Below are positions 23,699 to 36,539 of a stretch of DNA of 64,000 nt, in pieces. The position numbers and the translations under genes were made by a program. Each line of letters begins with the position of its first letter. Positions within the stretch are counted from its first letter, which is position 1. The stretch comes from Octopus vulgaris (taxonomy: Eukaryota): NCBI GenBank assembly GCA_951406725.2, contig OX597821.1, positions 31,558,001 through 31,622,000 on the forward strand, given 5' to 3'. Under the pieces are notes generated by a model. That model saw only the letters and a program-made list of their open reading frames with translations. It had not been told where the DNA came from and made no database searches.

Positions 23699-26097
23699 GG
23701 GCAAATCGAAGTGAAGTTGATACCCCCTTCAACGATGCTATGTCTGATACCCCTTATTCTGCTTGTTCCCCAACTCCCGCCCCTCAAACTTCACAGCTCA
23801 GCATCGTCTATACCAACTCGTGCTCCTTATTTCCAAAGTTCAGCGAACTATTTACACTGGCCATACGTGACTCCCCGGATGTGATAGCTATCACCGAGAC
23901 TTGGCTGACTCCAGCAGTAAAGGACTCAGAAATCCACCTGCAGGGCTACGTCCTTTTCAGATGTGACAGAGAAAAAAGGCGAGGTGGATGTGTTGATGTG
24001 TATGTTAAATCTGAGCACAAACCGTCCAGCGGTATTCTACCCACTAATGCTCAACCTACAACAAAATTCGATGCCGTCTATTGCAAGCTGAGCCTATCCG
24101 AGTTTTGCCTGCCCGTGTTAGCTGTCTACAGGCCGCCTCTTGCCGACCCCCAGGACGATGTTCATTTACTCGAAGCGATAAGATTCGTTTCAGCTTCGCA
24201 TGACTGTTTGGTACTAGGAGACTTCAACGCTCCCACGATCGATTGGCCCGCATCAATTTGTACAACATCTTCCCGGTTCGGCCAGGCCCTTCTTGACGTG
24301 GCTGAAGATTGTTTTCTATCGCAACATGTTGAATATCCGACAAGGCATCGGTCTGGGCAGCAGCCATCTATGCTGGATCTGGTATTCTCCCGCTATCCAA
24401 GATCAGTGTCAGACGTATCTGTGTGCGCCCCTCTTGCCAAGAGTGATCATGCGGTCCTGAAGTTCGTCATGCACACAACTTTTTGTACGCCCACGACTAC
24501 TTCGCTGCCACGTAGAGTCTTCTCTGCAATTAATCTTGAAATTCTAACCGAGGCTTCCGCGCTTCTGGACTGGCGATCCCTGATGACGTTGTCCTCAGTT
24601 GACGAACTATGGTCATCCCTCGAAGCATATGTAATCTGGTTGACTGACCAGGCAGTTCCCGTTGGTCTTCCCAAGAAGAAACACAAGCCCTGGGTGACGA
24701 AGAAGGTTAAACGAGAACCTCGACTCAGAGATATTGCTTGGGCTGAATTCAAAAATCTGGATTCGACTGCAGCTTTTGAGGTGTACAAAACTCAACGAGA
24801 CCGAGCCGTGAAAATTGAAAAGGAAGAACGCTTCAGTTATGAATACAAAATCGCGGCAATGCCAGTAGCAATCCAAAAACCTTCTTTGCCCATGTCCAAC
24901 GGAATTCCCGCTTGAACAACCAGATTGCAACGTCGGTAGACTCAACAGGCGTATCGATTGAGGACCCTTATCAACAGAGCCAATTATTTGCCGAGGCTTT
25001 TTCAACTATTTTCAAACAAGATGATGGTCGTGAACCCCCTCCATTTGATAGATCGGTACATCCAATGCTTCGATTGGTCATCACGCGGGACGAAGTCAAA
25101 CGTGTTATTCAAGGCCTCGATGTCAACAAGGGTCACGGCCCTGACGGCATACACCCACGAGTTATCAAAGCGTTGGCTCCGGTCATCTGCGAGCCCTTAA
25201 CACGTCTATTCAATATGCCATTGGCGACGGGTGTTATACCTTCGGACTGGAAAACAGCGATAATCTGCCCAATTTTCAAGAAAGGGAGCCGCGAAGACCC
25301 GCTTAACTACCGACCGGTTTCCCTTACATCAATAATCAGCAAGATGTTCGAAACCATCCTTAAGAAAAGTATGATGCTCCACCTCCAAAACACAGCCTCT
25401 ATCTCTGATTCCCAACACGGCTTCGTGCCGAAGAGATCATGCTTGACCAACTTACTGGTAATGGAAGAATTGGTGACGCGCATCCTCGATGATAGTGATG
25501 CTGTATCTGGGTATCTTAGTGGATTCCTCCTTTTCGCCTTCGGCCCAGTGCGTCCATGCTGCCAACAAAGCACGCGGAATTCTGTTCTTGATTCGACGGC
25601 CATTCGGAATGCTCACAGCAGCCATATTCCTACCACTCTATGTCACGCTGGTGAGACCCATATTAGAGTACGGGATTCAAGCCTCTTCTACTTATCTCCT
25701 CAAAGACATACATCATCTCGAAAGAGTCCAGAAGCTGGCTACCCGCATGGTTCATGGTCTCAAAAATTTGTCCTATGAAGAAAGGCTGAGGACGCTCGAC
25801 CTTTATTCTCTTGAAAAACGCCGCCGCCGTGGTGATCTCATTCTCGCCCACAACATCATAAGCGGAAAGTGTAACCTCTCGAAAGAGCTGTTCTTCACTC
25901 CTGCTCCAGAGCGTCGGCTGCGGGGTCATTCCGAAAAGCTCTACCTGCGACGATTTCATCTCAATCGAAGGAGAGGAGCTTTCTCCGTCCGGGTTGCGGA
26001 TCCGTGGAACAAGCTGCCAGACGAGATGGTGAAGATGCCGACGACCGCTTTGTTCAAAGCCTCCCTTGACCTCAAGTGGCCTGAACTCTTTACATGA
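23695..26097 (+). pseudogene. LINE ORF2 (APE endonuclease and RT), disrupted
   Basis: APE motifs YTN..SL, IAITETWL, VYRPP, LGDFNAP, LDLVF, SDH; frameshift near 24850; RT start GPDGI, WKTAIICPIFKKG, NYRPVSLTS, QHGF..RSCLTNL; jumps near 25505 to LGILVD.., RPILEY, LERVQ.. and lacks KAFD/QG/YADD. Confidence 0.92.
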
Positions 26098-26182
26098 ACA
26101 CCACCCTGTACTTAACTCCATGTCCCCCTACATGGCCTTGCTATTTGATTTTGAGCCAAATTAACTAACTAACTAACATATG

Positions 26183-26238
<56 letters not shown>

Positions 26239-26419
26239 GTGGGGTATGTATGCATGTATATATGTGAGATTATAGTTTCACTATGTATAAATTATATGCA
26301 TAGTGAAATTATTGAATCTGAAAGTATTTTCTCACAATACAATCGTGATATAAGTTTTTCACTTTTGATGCATAATACTGAAATTGTATAAGAGACAAGA
26401 GATTCATCCAGGCTTGCAT

Positions 26420-26570
26420 TAGGCAAAACATTTTTATTGTGTTTGACCCATAGCACTGCACTGCATGTATAAAATTTGAATGAAATCGGTTGGGTAGTTC
26501 TCGAATTTCAGTGATGCACACATAGAGACACAGAGACACACAGACAGACACACATTCTCAGTTTTATATA
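26420..26570 (+). mobile_element. Possible non-autonomous Helitron/Helentron-like fragment
   Basis: aaatttgaatgaaatcggttg..gtagtt..cga followed by (ACAG)n-like repeats, a layout seen in DINE/HINE-type elements; recognised by eye only. Confidence 0.35.
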
Positions 26571-26947
26571 CACTTGCGTCAGAAATTAATTAGCACTTCT
26601 CAAATTTCTACATTAAATAGGTTAAATCAATTAACCTATGAGCTGTTCAAAACGTCTTACGCGATGAGAAAACTTAGTATGGTGTGATTTCGGTCCTTGC
26701 GAGGCGCTGCCTATATCTATTAAACAAAGGAAGATTTGTCTGCATCCGCACTCCAAGTTGTTGCACTGCTATGTCAACATCATAAGGCTGTAGACTCTCA
26801 AACTGCTCTGCAAACAAAGTTACGTCATCGTTCTGCGCAACAGTGAACTCGCAACAAAGCAATAGTTCGAGATATGGCCACTAGGTGACAGCACATACCT
26901 TGAGTGAAGAGCAAATCAAGAGTGCTAATTAATTTCTGACGGTAGTG
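26571..26947. mobile_element. Tc1/mariner MITE (377 bp)
   Basis: TA|cacttgcgtcagaaattaattagcact ... agtgctaattaatttctgacggtagtg|TA. Confidence 0.88.
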
Positions 26948-29499
26948 TATGTCCTTAGTTATAGAGTGAACACATTTCTAGTAACAATTCAATTAATAAC
27001 ATTTATGCAAGCAGAGTTTACATTAGATTCTTTAATTTGCTTCGTATTTTATAGATATATGTGAGGGGTTTTAAAAACAACGCTTAACTCACTTTCTTTA
27101 TGTCAACAATAAGCAGGAACAAAACGATGGATCAATCAGGAGTTTCAATTTTCTATTTGTATTTCTACAGTGACCAATATCGGCTTACACTTCCTACAGA
27201 AACACATTTTATTAATACATCTTCTATATTATATTTTTTTAATCATGGTAAACATGTTTTCATTACATTGTATACAATCAAAACAAATTATGTAATGTTA
27301 ATACTACAACATTCAAATAAAATGACTATTAAAGTACCAGTGACGTGTTTCATAACACTTGATACATATTTACACATCAATGAATTCTTTCGACATTGAA
27401 AGCAAGTCCTATCATATTCAGTATTTTGTTTCACGAATTCAGCGGTAGTTTTCCATAATAATATATGTTTATAAGCGAATCACATTCATGCTATTTTTAG
27501 TATTATCTCGATGAAGTATTCTGTTTCTTGTTGGTTTTTGTCTTTTTTATTCATCTGTAATATTGTCGTGCAAAGAAGAGGTAAATTAAATGAGGAAATG
27601 CAACTCAAGTAAAATGATGTAATATAAACTATGTTATACTTAATTGTAAATATTCTATGTTGTTGTTTAAAAATTTGAAGAAATGAAACATTTATCATTA
27701 ATCTTCCATTAATCTATTTTATGTTTATACCATCTTCTGTTAATTGATTTGAATACTATTTTAAAATACCACGTTTTTAATTTAAATATTAGTATAATTG
27801 GTTTTCATATAATAATTATTAACTGTCAGATATATTGAGTTACATAATATAAGATATTATTTATTGATATTTCCATGTAAATTTGTAACAATATCCACAC
27901 TAGTAAGTAAAACATGCTTCTACTTTTGCTAATGTAAATATAATATTCTGAGAATATAAATGTCAGAAAACATATGCTCGTTACAGTTGTGTTCCAAGTA
28001 TAGTTCCTGCATAAGTAAGTAGACTCAATGTCGTAGTCATTCGATCAGTCAAACTGTATTACATTGCAGTAACAAATGAAGGGGCATTTATCTGGTTGTC
28101 GACATTGCTTCTCCAAAACTTAGAAAGGAAATTACTTCAAATAATATGTTTAGTATCTATTCTAACAAGAAATGTATATCATAGCGTGAAATATGTTCGC
28201 GAGGCAATAATAACACGTTTTCAATAACAATACGAAACACGACGCATAAAAACATGAACATGTGAATTCATTTGAGATATCATTGATAAAAATATTTAGC
28301 CAAATAATCAATACAATTCCTATATGCCACATAATCTCTTCAAGAATTTCTGTAAATGCTGTAAGAACACATTTAAAATATACTCAGAATACACTTTCTC
28401 CAAATTGGATAGATTCGGTTAGCTTGTAACTCAATCTGTATTTATGTGTAGCGTTAACTTCATCAGTTCAATTTTCAATGCTTACGGTTGATTGTATATC
28501 AATTTGACAGCCCACATAGAAGATAATTCATACTATTACTTCTCACGATTGAATAGAAATGAGGATGATATGACAATTAATATAGCTTGTTTATAGAGAC
28601 TATTTGGCTACAGTTTTAATATACAGTATCGGAAATGTCATCACGGGTTTGATGCAGTTAGGGAATAATAGGCTTGTTGGTAATACACTAAATGAGTTTC
28701 ATTGAATAACAGAGAAACAAATAATAAACCGTTATAGATATGAATCAGCAACTTCCAAGACCCAGAGCTTAAAATATGAGAGAAAACACCCGTTAATGAA
28801 ATGGGAATAGTAAGTGTACTTGATGTGTAATACAAGAATGGTGTGATTAACAAACATGTATGTAGAAAATATATGATGTTATAATATTAAGATTCAGAAA
28901 CAAAATACACGTATGTTTTTTACGATTTATATTTATTTAACGTTGTATTGCGAAATATTGTTTAAGAGATACATATTATTCTATGCAATCAGATGTATTT
29001 CCAGAATAATTGTACTTAGAACTGAGTTGCTCCGAAGTGTAAAAGACAATTCTCTGAAAATTAGGAAGATACTTCAGTAGTGGAGCTCTCTGTAAATTAC
29101 TTTATATCTCAATATATTCTACCAGATGTAGGTTTCGAAAATTGTGCAGGTTTATTAACGCCAAAGACATTTTTATATACACAAACATACATACACATGC
29201 ACATACACGTATATTAGCTATTTGTGTATGTATATGCATATATAAGCAAAAACGAACACACACGTACAAGGTGTGTGTTGTTAGTACATGTGTCGGTTAC
29301 GTTTTTAGGCAATAGAGAATATGTTCTCAATGAGCCTGCTGTTAAAACACCTGTAAAGTAAGTCATAGGCAAGGGAGACACCAGGTCTTTTCGCAGTGAT
29401 CTGTATGTGCGTGTGTATGCTCATATATATGTATATATATATATACATATATATATATATGATTTTTCCCTGTAAGTTTGGTTTTATTCCCTAATATTT

Positions 29500-29618
<119 letters not shown>

Positions 29619-29641
29619 CGTGTGCGATTATGTATACACAG

Positions 29642-29716
<75 letters not shown>

Positions 29717-30599
29717 AATACATATATATATATATCCCTTTGTTAAAATATTGGTGCTAACATGCTTTAAAAATGTACTATGTTTTGTGAAGCAATGTCA
29801 ACGATTGTCATGTATTATACTATGGATAAAAAGGATAACGTGCGTCCTACAGTACATAATTCCAAATTGCTGCAAGATTTCAAGGTAAATTAAATTATGT
29901 AAAGTCTGTATTTGTATTTTCAAGCTGTGAATTTACTTTGGCTTACGACCTTTTCAAAAAAAGGTAAGATGCCTAATAAGAATGTAATAATTTATAGACT
30001 AACATATGACACTGGCATAAGCCATTTTGAGTAGGTCTACTCAATGTTGATGGTGAAACATAGTTTATTGTATGGTAAATAACATAATTAGATAAATGAT
30101 TGGTCTGACGGTCAGTGATTACAGCCATGTTCGGTGAATGTGGTAAGTAGCTTAGCGTTAGGCATTGTATATTTTTGGGGTCGTCTACATTTCTTGCATT
30201 ACTTGCTCTCTGTCCATTACCTATATCATCCAGCACACAGCCACCTTTCACTCTTTTTCTCGCATTCTAATGGCTGTAAGCATTTTACATATCTTAATGT
30301 TGTAATCCTCATTAGCCACTCCTCTACTTGCTTCTCAGTATTGATGATATTGCTTATGGCCGTGATGCATTGTCGAACAAAAGCATTTGATTCGATGTTA
30401 CCTTTATTGATGCAATGGCCTATCCTGGCAATTTAGCCTGTTATTTTATTTTGTTATGAAGCATAAGCATTAATAATTTATTCTTTATTTTACAAATTTA
30501 AAAATTTGAGTTTTGAAAAATGTTCAATCTGAGTCATTTTAAGCTTCATGTGGACAGAAAGTATTTTGTTCAAGGGCAGCAGCAAAAGATATATATAAT

Positions 30600-31125
30600 T
30601 AGGAAGGTCCAGGAAGTGTCAAATAACATGTGGCACATAATTGGTTTCAATGAAGGTGTCACCAGCCTTGAAGATCAGCCTAGGTCAGGGACAGAATGTG
30701 TTGTGATGATCTATGTTTGAAATAGTTGACCAGACAAGCACAATCACTCATATTCTGTAGGCACATCTTGGACCTTCACAAACAACTCTCAGTCGACACC
30801 CCTATCAGCTCGCACTTCTGCAGCAGGACAATAGCCCAGGAGACAATGCCATTGGGATAAAGCGCAAATTTGAGGTGCATGAGAGGCTGGAAGTGTTACC
30901 TCACCCTGCCAGATTTTGCACCGTAACATTACCACAGTTTCCGGGCCATGGCACATTTGCTGTAGGGAGAGGGATTAAACAATGGGAACGAAACTGAAAA
31001 TGCGTGCAAGACGTTTTTTTACTCTAAGCGAGTCAAACGTAATAAGAGCGAAATTGAGCTTCTGGCACAAGGAGTCCAGCAGACAATAGAATATGATGAT
31101 AAATAGTTTGCTGAATATAAAGTTT
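30600..31125 (+). mobile_element. Degenerate mariner transposase remnant
   Basis: FNEGVTSLEDQPRSG, LLQQDN, EVLPHP..PDFAP..YH.FRAM and QQTIEYDDK.FAE match mariner motifs (EDxPRSGRP, HDNA, YSPDLAP). Confidence 0.75.
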
Positions 31126-31462
31126 TCAGAAACGAATAAAATCAATTTACACACGCGTATTGCCTAAAGTAAATATGGATTTGTCCTTCGCGTTCAGCAA
31201 AGATTCACATGTACCGATAAAATATACAATGTATACGTAAAGTAGCCCAAGGATATATTCTAACACGTACTCCACGTTCCACTATAGGCCCAAGACACAA
31301 CGAAAGGAAATGTCTAACGAAAGAAAGATAGAAGGGAAATGAAAACGAAAAAAACACTCATCACACTTAAAAGATGTCATAGTTTCTTCAAGGGAACCGA
31401 CTTGGCTTATCAGACATGGGAATATAAATATAAATATAAATATAAATATAAATGTATGTATG

Positions 31463-31525
<63 letters not shown>

Positions 31526-31550
31526 AATAGGATAAAATACCATTTATCAA

Positions 31551-31673
31551 TTCAATAATGAATAATTAAATTATAGTATTTAGAAAAATTACATCTTATA
31601 GAAACATTAAATATACGATAAAACATATAACAATGATTAAGTAATGTGCAAAATAATAAATAAAACGTTTATA

Positions 31674-31719
<46 letters not shown>

Positions 31720-31855
31720 AACGTATATATACGTTTTATTTATCATTTTTCCCGTTACTTAATCATTATCATATGTTTTATATGCTCTATCATATTTAAT
31801 CTTTCTATTAGATATAATTATTCTAAATGGTATAATTTAATTTTTCATTATTGAA
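31551..31855. repeat. Diverged AT-rich inverted repeat around a (TA)n tract
   Basis: 31551-31673 versus 31729-31855 (ttcaataatgaa../..ttcattattgaa; aatgattaagtaa/ttacttaatcatt; aaataaaacgt/acgttttattt). Confidence 0.7.
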
Positions 31856-31891
31856 CTTTTCCCTGTAAGTTTGGAATATAATTCCGTCATA

Positions 31892-31931
<40 letters not shown>

Positions 31932-31975
31932 CATTTGACGTAGTGGTTATGAGTGCGGGCTACGTACCCCAACTG

Positions 31976-32040
<65 letters not shown>

Positions 32041-32046
<6 letters not shown>

Positions 32047-33338
32047 TACGCAAGCTGCTGAGTTGTAATAGGATGCACCACCCAAAGGCAGACGTAGATC
32101 GCCTTTACCTTCCCAGAGCCCAAGGAGGTCGAGGCCTGATCCAATTTGAACTAGCTTACAAAACAACCACAATTGGACTGGCCATATATCTCGAAATATC
32201 GAATGGCTGGATGCTAAAGCTCGTGGAAAATCACGAGAGACGAAAGAAGCTTCATTCTATCATAAAGGAAAGAAAAAAATTTGCTATTGATCTCGTGCAG
32301 GATACCCAAACTGAACAACCCGAGGGAAGTACGGCAACTATTGTTGCAAAGAAGGTGAAAATGATGGCAATGAAAAAAGCGCACGAGCAATTGGCTGATA
32401 GGTGGGAGGAGAAACCTCTGCACGGCAAATATGTGACCCGCAGCAAACAAGCTGATGTTGACCAGAAGCAAACCCATCAGTGGCTACGGAGCTCAGGGCT
32501 AAAAGCAGAGAGCGAAGGTTTCATCCTGGCTGCTCAATATCAAAGCCTATTAACCCGGAACTACCAGGCCAATGTGATGAAAAATGGAGCACACCCAAAA
32601 TGCCGATTCTGCAACATGATTGAAACAGTGGACCACCTAATCTCTGGATGTAAAGTCTTAGCACCAGTGGAGTATAAATTAAGACATGACAGAGTTGGCC
32701 AATATCTCCACTGGCTAATAAGTCGGCATTACAATATCAAAACTGCCGACAAGTGGTATAATCACCACCCTGAGGCTGTAACTGAAGGAGAAAATGTAAC
32801 CATTCTGTGGGACTTTCCAGTACATACAGACCGAACCATCAAGGCCAATAAACCAGATATTGTTGTGAAAGACCAAAACAATAAAGTTTGCTTATTGATC
32901 GACATGAGCATCCCCTGTGATCATAATATCTCAGCGAAAGAGTTTGACAAGCTCAGAAAATAGAAAGACCTACTCATTGAAATTGAGAAAATGTGGCATC
33001 TCAAGGCGGTTACAATACCAGTGATCGTAGGAGCACTAGGAATGATCAAGAAGGGAACCGAAAATTATATGAGAATGATCCCTGGCTTACCATCCCTGCA
33101 AGAAGTGCAAAAGATTGTCTTAACTGGTACATCACACGTATTGAGAAGAGCATTGTCGATGTGAGAACTGTTGCTGCTCATGTATTTTAATTTAACTTTA
33201 AAAAAAAAATTTTTTAAATTAACTAACTACTGAGTTTGGTTTAATGGCCTACCAATGTATACTATGAGTTTCTTTGCCCTAGGAGTCGGGAAGACACTCG
33301 GCAAGAAATGGAAGCAAATTTGAAAGAAGAAAAAAAAA

Positions 33339-33340
<2 letters not shown>
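32041..33340 (+). mobile_element. 5'-truncated R4/Dong-type RLE LINE in (TAA)n
   Basis: HPKADVDRLYLPR..GGRGL, LHGKY, AESEGFILAAQ, CCHC knuckle CRFC..ETVDHLISGC, RHD.VG, LWD, KPDIVV..LLIDMSIP; one premature stop at 32961 with the frame continuing to 33164; (TAA)n on both sides. Confidence 0.92.
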
Positions 33341-33383
<43 letters not shown>

Positions 33384-33385
<2 letters not shown>

Positions 33386-33423
33386 TGACAAAAATCCGTG
33401 ATGCAGCACGGATTTTTGTCAGT
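33384..33423. repeat. Perfect 17-bp hairpin
   Basis: actgacaaaaatccgtg-atgcag-cacggatttttgtcagt. Confidence 0.95.
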
Positions 33424-33608
33424 GAACAGGTCGGGGTCTTAAACGACGAAAATAATGTTTTGACGAATTAAACTTAACTGTTGAAGTGAATCGAACGGCT
33501 TTTGTGTGTTTCTTAAATGGCTTACAAACACCTCCCACGCTGCAATTGTTTTCGTTTCAGCACACGATCTCAGATCAAATCACTTGCTATGCACGTACAT
33601 CTCCGTAG

Positions 33609-33646
<38 letters not shown>

Positions 33647-33730
33647 CATACTCACACAGAGGCGCACACACATATATATGTACACACACACGCACGCACA
33701 CACATACACACATACATATATATACATGTA

Positions 33731-33797
<67 letters not shown>

Positions 33798-33822
33798 AGG
33801 TTTGGAGATGATGTACAGGTAT

Positions 33823-34133
33823 TATATATTAGAAGAAATGAGGTAATCAGAAGATCAGATGGTTCATATTTATAGATATTTATTTATATATTACATTTTT
33901 TACATATATATATCATATCATTCAGATCATATTCAGATTATTAGCGCTTTCTCCCATTCTAGTGGGGTTTTCAAATAAAAAAAAAAATATTTTGATTTGA
34001 AATCCCCACTAGAATGGGAGAAAGCGCTAATAATCTGAATGATATGATATATATATGTAAAAAATGTAATATATAAATATCTATAAATATGAACCATCCG
34101 ATCTTCTGATTACCTCATTTCTTCTAATATATA
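33823..34133. repeat. ~140-bp near-perfect inverted repeat with hammerhead motifs at the inner ends
   Basis: 33823-33975 versus 33995-34133; minus-strand arm UUAU-UUGAAAA-CCCCA(cuagaa)UGGGA-GAAAGCGCUA-AUAA at 33938-33978. Confidence 0.88.
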
Positions 34134-34566
34134 TCTATATATAAATATATATATATAGTATACTGTCCTTCAAGCTGAAGGGGTTGCAGTCTCAGTGAAT
34201 TCGATAGCGATAACATCTCATATCACCGCATTGCTTAGGATAGTAAATGCTTTGTTCTTTCATGGAAGAAAAGCATTCAATCCATCTTGCTACAGTATAC
34301 TAATTACTGGTTGATCTCAAAAAGAACATTGAAGGTAGATTCAATCGATCTCACTCATTCCAGAACAGTCAACAGGCAAATATCGCCTCGCAAATATATA
34401 ACCCAATCTGCAATACAAAACAAAATGGTGGTTTATGCATAACAACACAGCTGCATGAATTCGAGCATGCCAAACATTATAGATATTTCATATTTGCTCC
34501 TCTTTAATAGCTTAGGTGATATTTCTTATTAGAAAAATGGTGTTGTAATAAGTATTTGTACTGATA

Positions 34567-34776
34567 TTGGTCTCAAATTTTGGCACAAGTCTAGGAAATT
34601 CGGGGAGGGTAATTCGATTACATCGACGTCAGTATTCTGCTAGTATTTATTTAATCGACCTTGAAAGGATTAAAAGGAAAGGCGACCTCGGCGGAATTTG
34701 AACTCAGAACGTACACGACGAAATGCCGCCAAGCATTTTGTCCGGTGAGCTAACAATTATAACAGATCACCACCTT
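34567..34776 (-). mobile_element. tRNA-derived SINE with Nin-like central domain
   Basis: Minus strand B-box gagttcaaattcc followed by gccgaggtcgcc..tcctttcaaggtcgattaaataaatact; second decayed copy at ~50196-50371. Confidence 0.7.
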
Positions 34777-36169
34777 ATTTGAATTAATGCTAATCCGAAG
34801 TAAGGCCTATATGTTAGTCTATAAACATTGAGTTTATTCTATGGCTGAGCTTTGTTTTTATCACTAGAATGTTATCTGACAAAAATAATAATTGACAATG
34901 TGGCTTTGCTGTTCATGTCAAGTTTATCGTAGTGCAGAATGCAGAATTTTCACGAAACCTGGCCTTCTTATAACACTTTTTGCCGCCGTTACACCTTAGA
35001 TTCTTTTTTATTGCTATATGTACCATTAATTAGACGAGTGCAATCTTTCCATATATACTCTGCAAAAACTCTATTAATTGGACGTGAGAAAATCATAACT
35101 ACGTTTTCCTACTTTTAGTGATAATAATTGGTGCACTTGATTATCCGATAGCAATAAAACATATGTAACTGATCCTATTAAATATATGGGGAATAAAATG
35201 CGTAGATAAAAATCGGGTGAATTTAAGAGAGATAGGTAGTAAGTAGAACATATAAATATAAGGAAGGTAAAATACAGCAATAATCTTCAAACAGAATATT
35301 TAATGCGATGGATTTAGTTTTATAGGAAGCACTACAAAAGAAAATGATATAAGGCTAGGTTTTTTGCTGATCAAATACATAAGCAAAGAAAATAGATTTC
35401 CAACGAAATACATCATGAACATTTGCGATGATTTTTTTTTCTTTTTATAATGAATATCAAGAATTCGGAAGTAATATTTCCTATCGAGTTTTTATTTAAT
35501 ATATACCTACCATGGCATTTTCTGTTTCCATATCTCTACCGATTTATTTTATGAAAAGCATTGATCAAAGAATATATTAACATTCATTTTTTATCATATA
35601 TTTACATCTTATAATTTTCAGGGTTATTTTCTTATAACTGATCATTCAAATATCTTCTCCGATGAATCTAAGAAAAAACAATCTTAACATCTCATAAAGT
35701 TTGGAAGCAAGGTTGTTTTGTGATTTTTTGCGAAGATTTTATTAATGAAATTTTGTTTACGTCTTTAAGTTTGCTTTATACTTCGAAGGTATACTGCCCA
35801 TATATTATTAATGTATAACCAGAAGAGAACAGCTTTATTTTTATTAAACAAGCTAATAATTTTCTCCTGCCATGTTATCACTTTTGCATTACATAGACAA
35901 CTAACTTTATTGCAGCATAACATTTTTTGGCATTTTCGTATTTGGACAGCTCAATCATAACCAGTCGATATTTTCTGTTATTCAGGGTTCGAAAAGTACA
36001 TTCCATTTTTCCTGCTTACAACACGAACTTTGTCCATCTCGAAACATATCATTTGCATTGAATTAAATATATTCCTTGCAGTCTTTTATAGTTTTCTGTA
36101 GTTCTATATTTTCAGTCCAAGTTTTGTTTTACGTTTTGCAAATGTGTACTGAGTAGAAACAAATGGAAA

Positions 36170-36330
36170 TTTGAAACATTTGCTTTGCTGCCATTTGATT
36201 CAGAGTTCCAAAACTACCAAAATTATCAAAGCCGCTCGAAACATCTATACAGTGTAGAACAAGGTCGCGGTTACTGAAAGAGCTGCACGTAAATATTTTT
36301 ACACTGTATGGAAGAGGGATTAATCCTTAC
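36170..36330 (+). mobile_element. Mariner transposase N-terminal HTH relic
   Basis: Reads ..KAARNIYTV*..VAVTERAARKYF. Confidence 0.5.
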
Positions 36331-36539
36331 AGAGTCTCTACATTCCAGACGACAAGATCAATTGAAGGGTTAGATGTGACGCCCTCATGGTACCGCCACC
36401 TTTCGATCTCTCTGAATGGCTAAATTCCAAAATCTCGGTGCATAGATACCACATGTTCTGAAAGGTTATCCTCGCTTCACACTGGTAATTATCGGACACA
36501 ACGTGATCACTGACGAGAAATCGGAAGATAGAATGACTG

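Larger units (their letters stand above)
22330..26177 (+). mobile_element. CR1-group LINE, two-ORF, internally deleted
   Basis: ORF1 plus ORF2 (APE, RT N-terminus, CR1-type C-terminus), short 3' UTR ending in (TAAC)4; 5' boundary approximate (rise in GC). Confidence 0.92.

Noticed and set aside
24447-26121. Antisense ORFs over the CR1 element
   Set aside because: Shadow frames of GC-rich coding sequence with no motifs.
29970-30440. Possible pogo/Tc1 transposase relic on the minus strand (YLPHSPNMA)
   Set aside because: A single weak motif and no TIRs; too degenerate to call.
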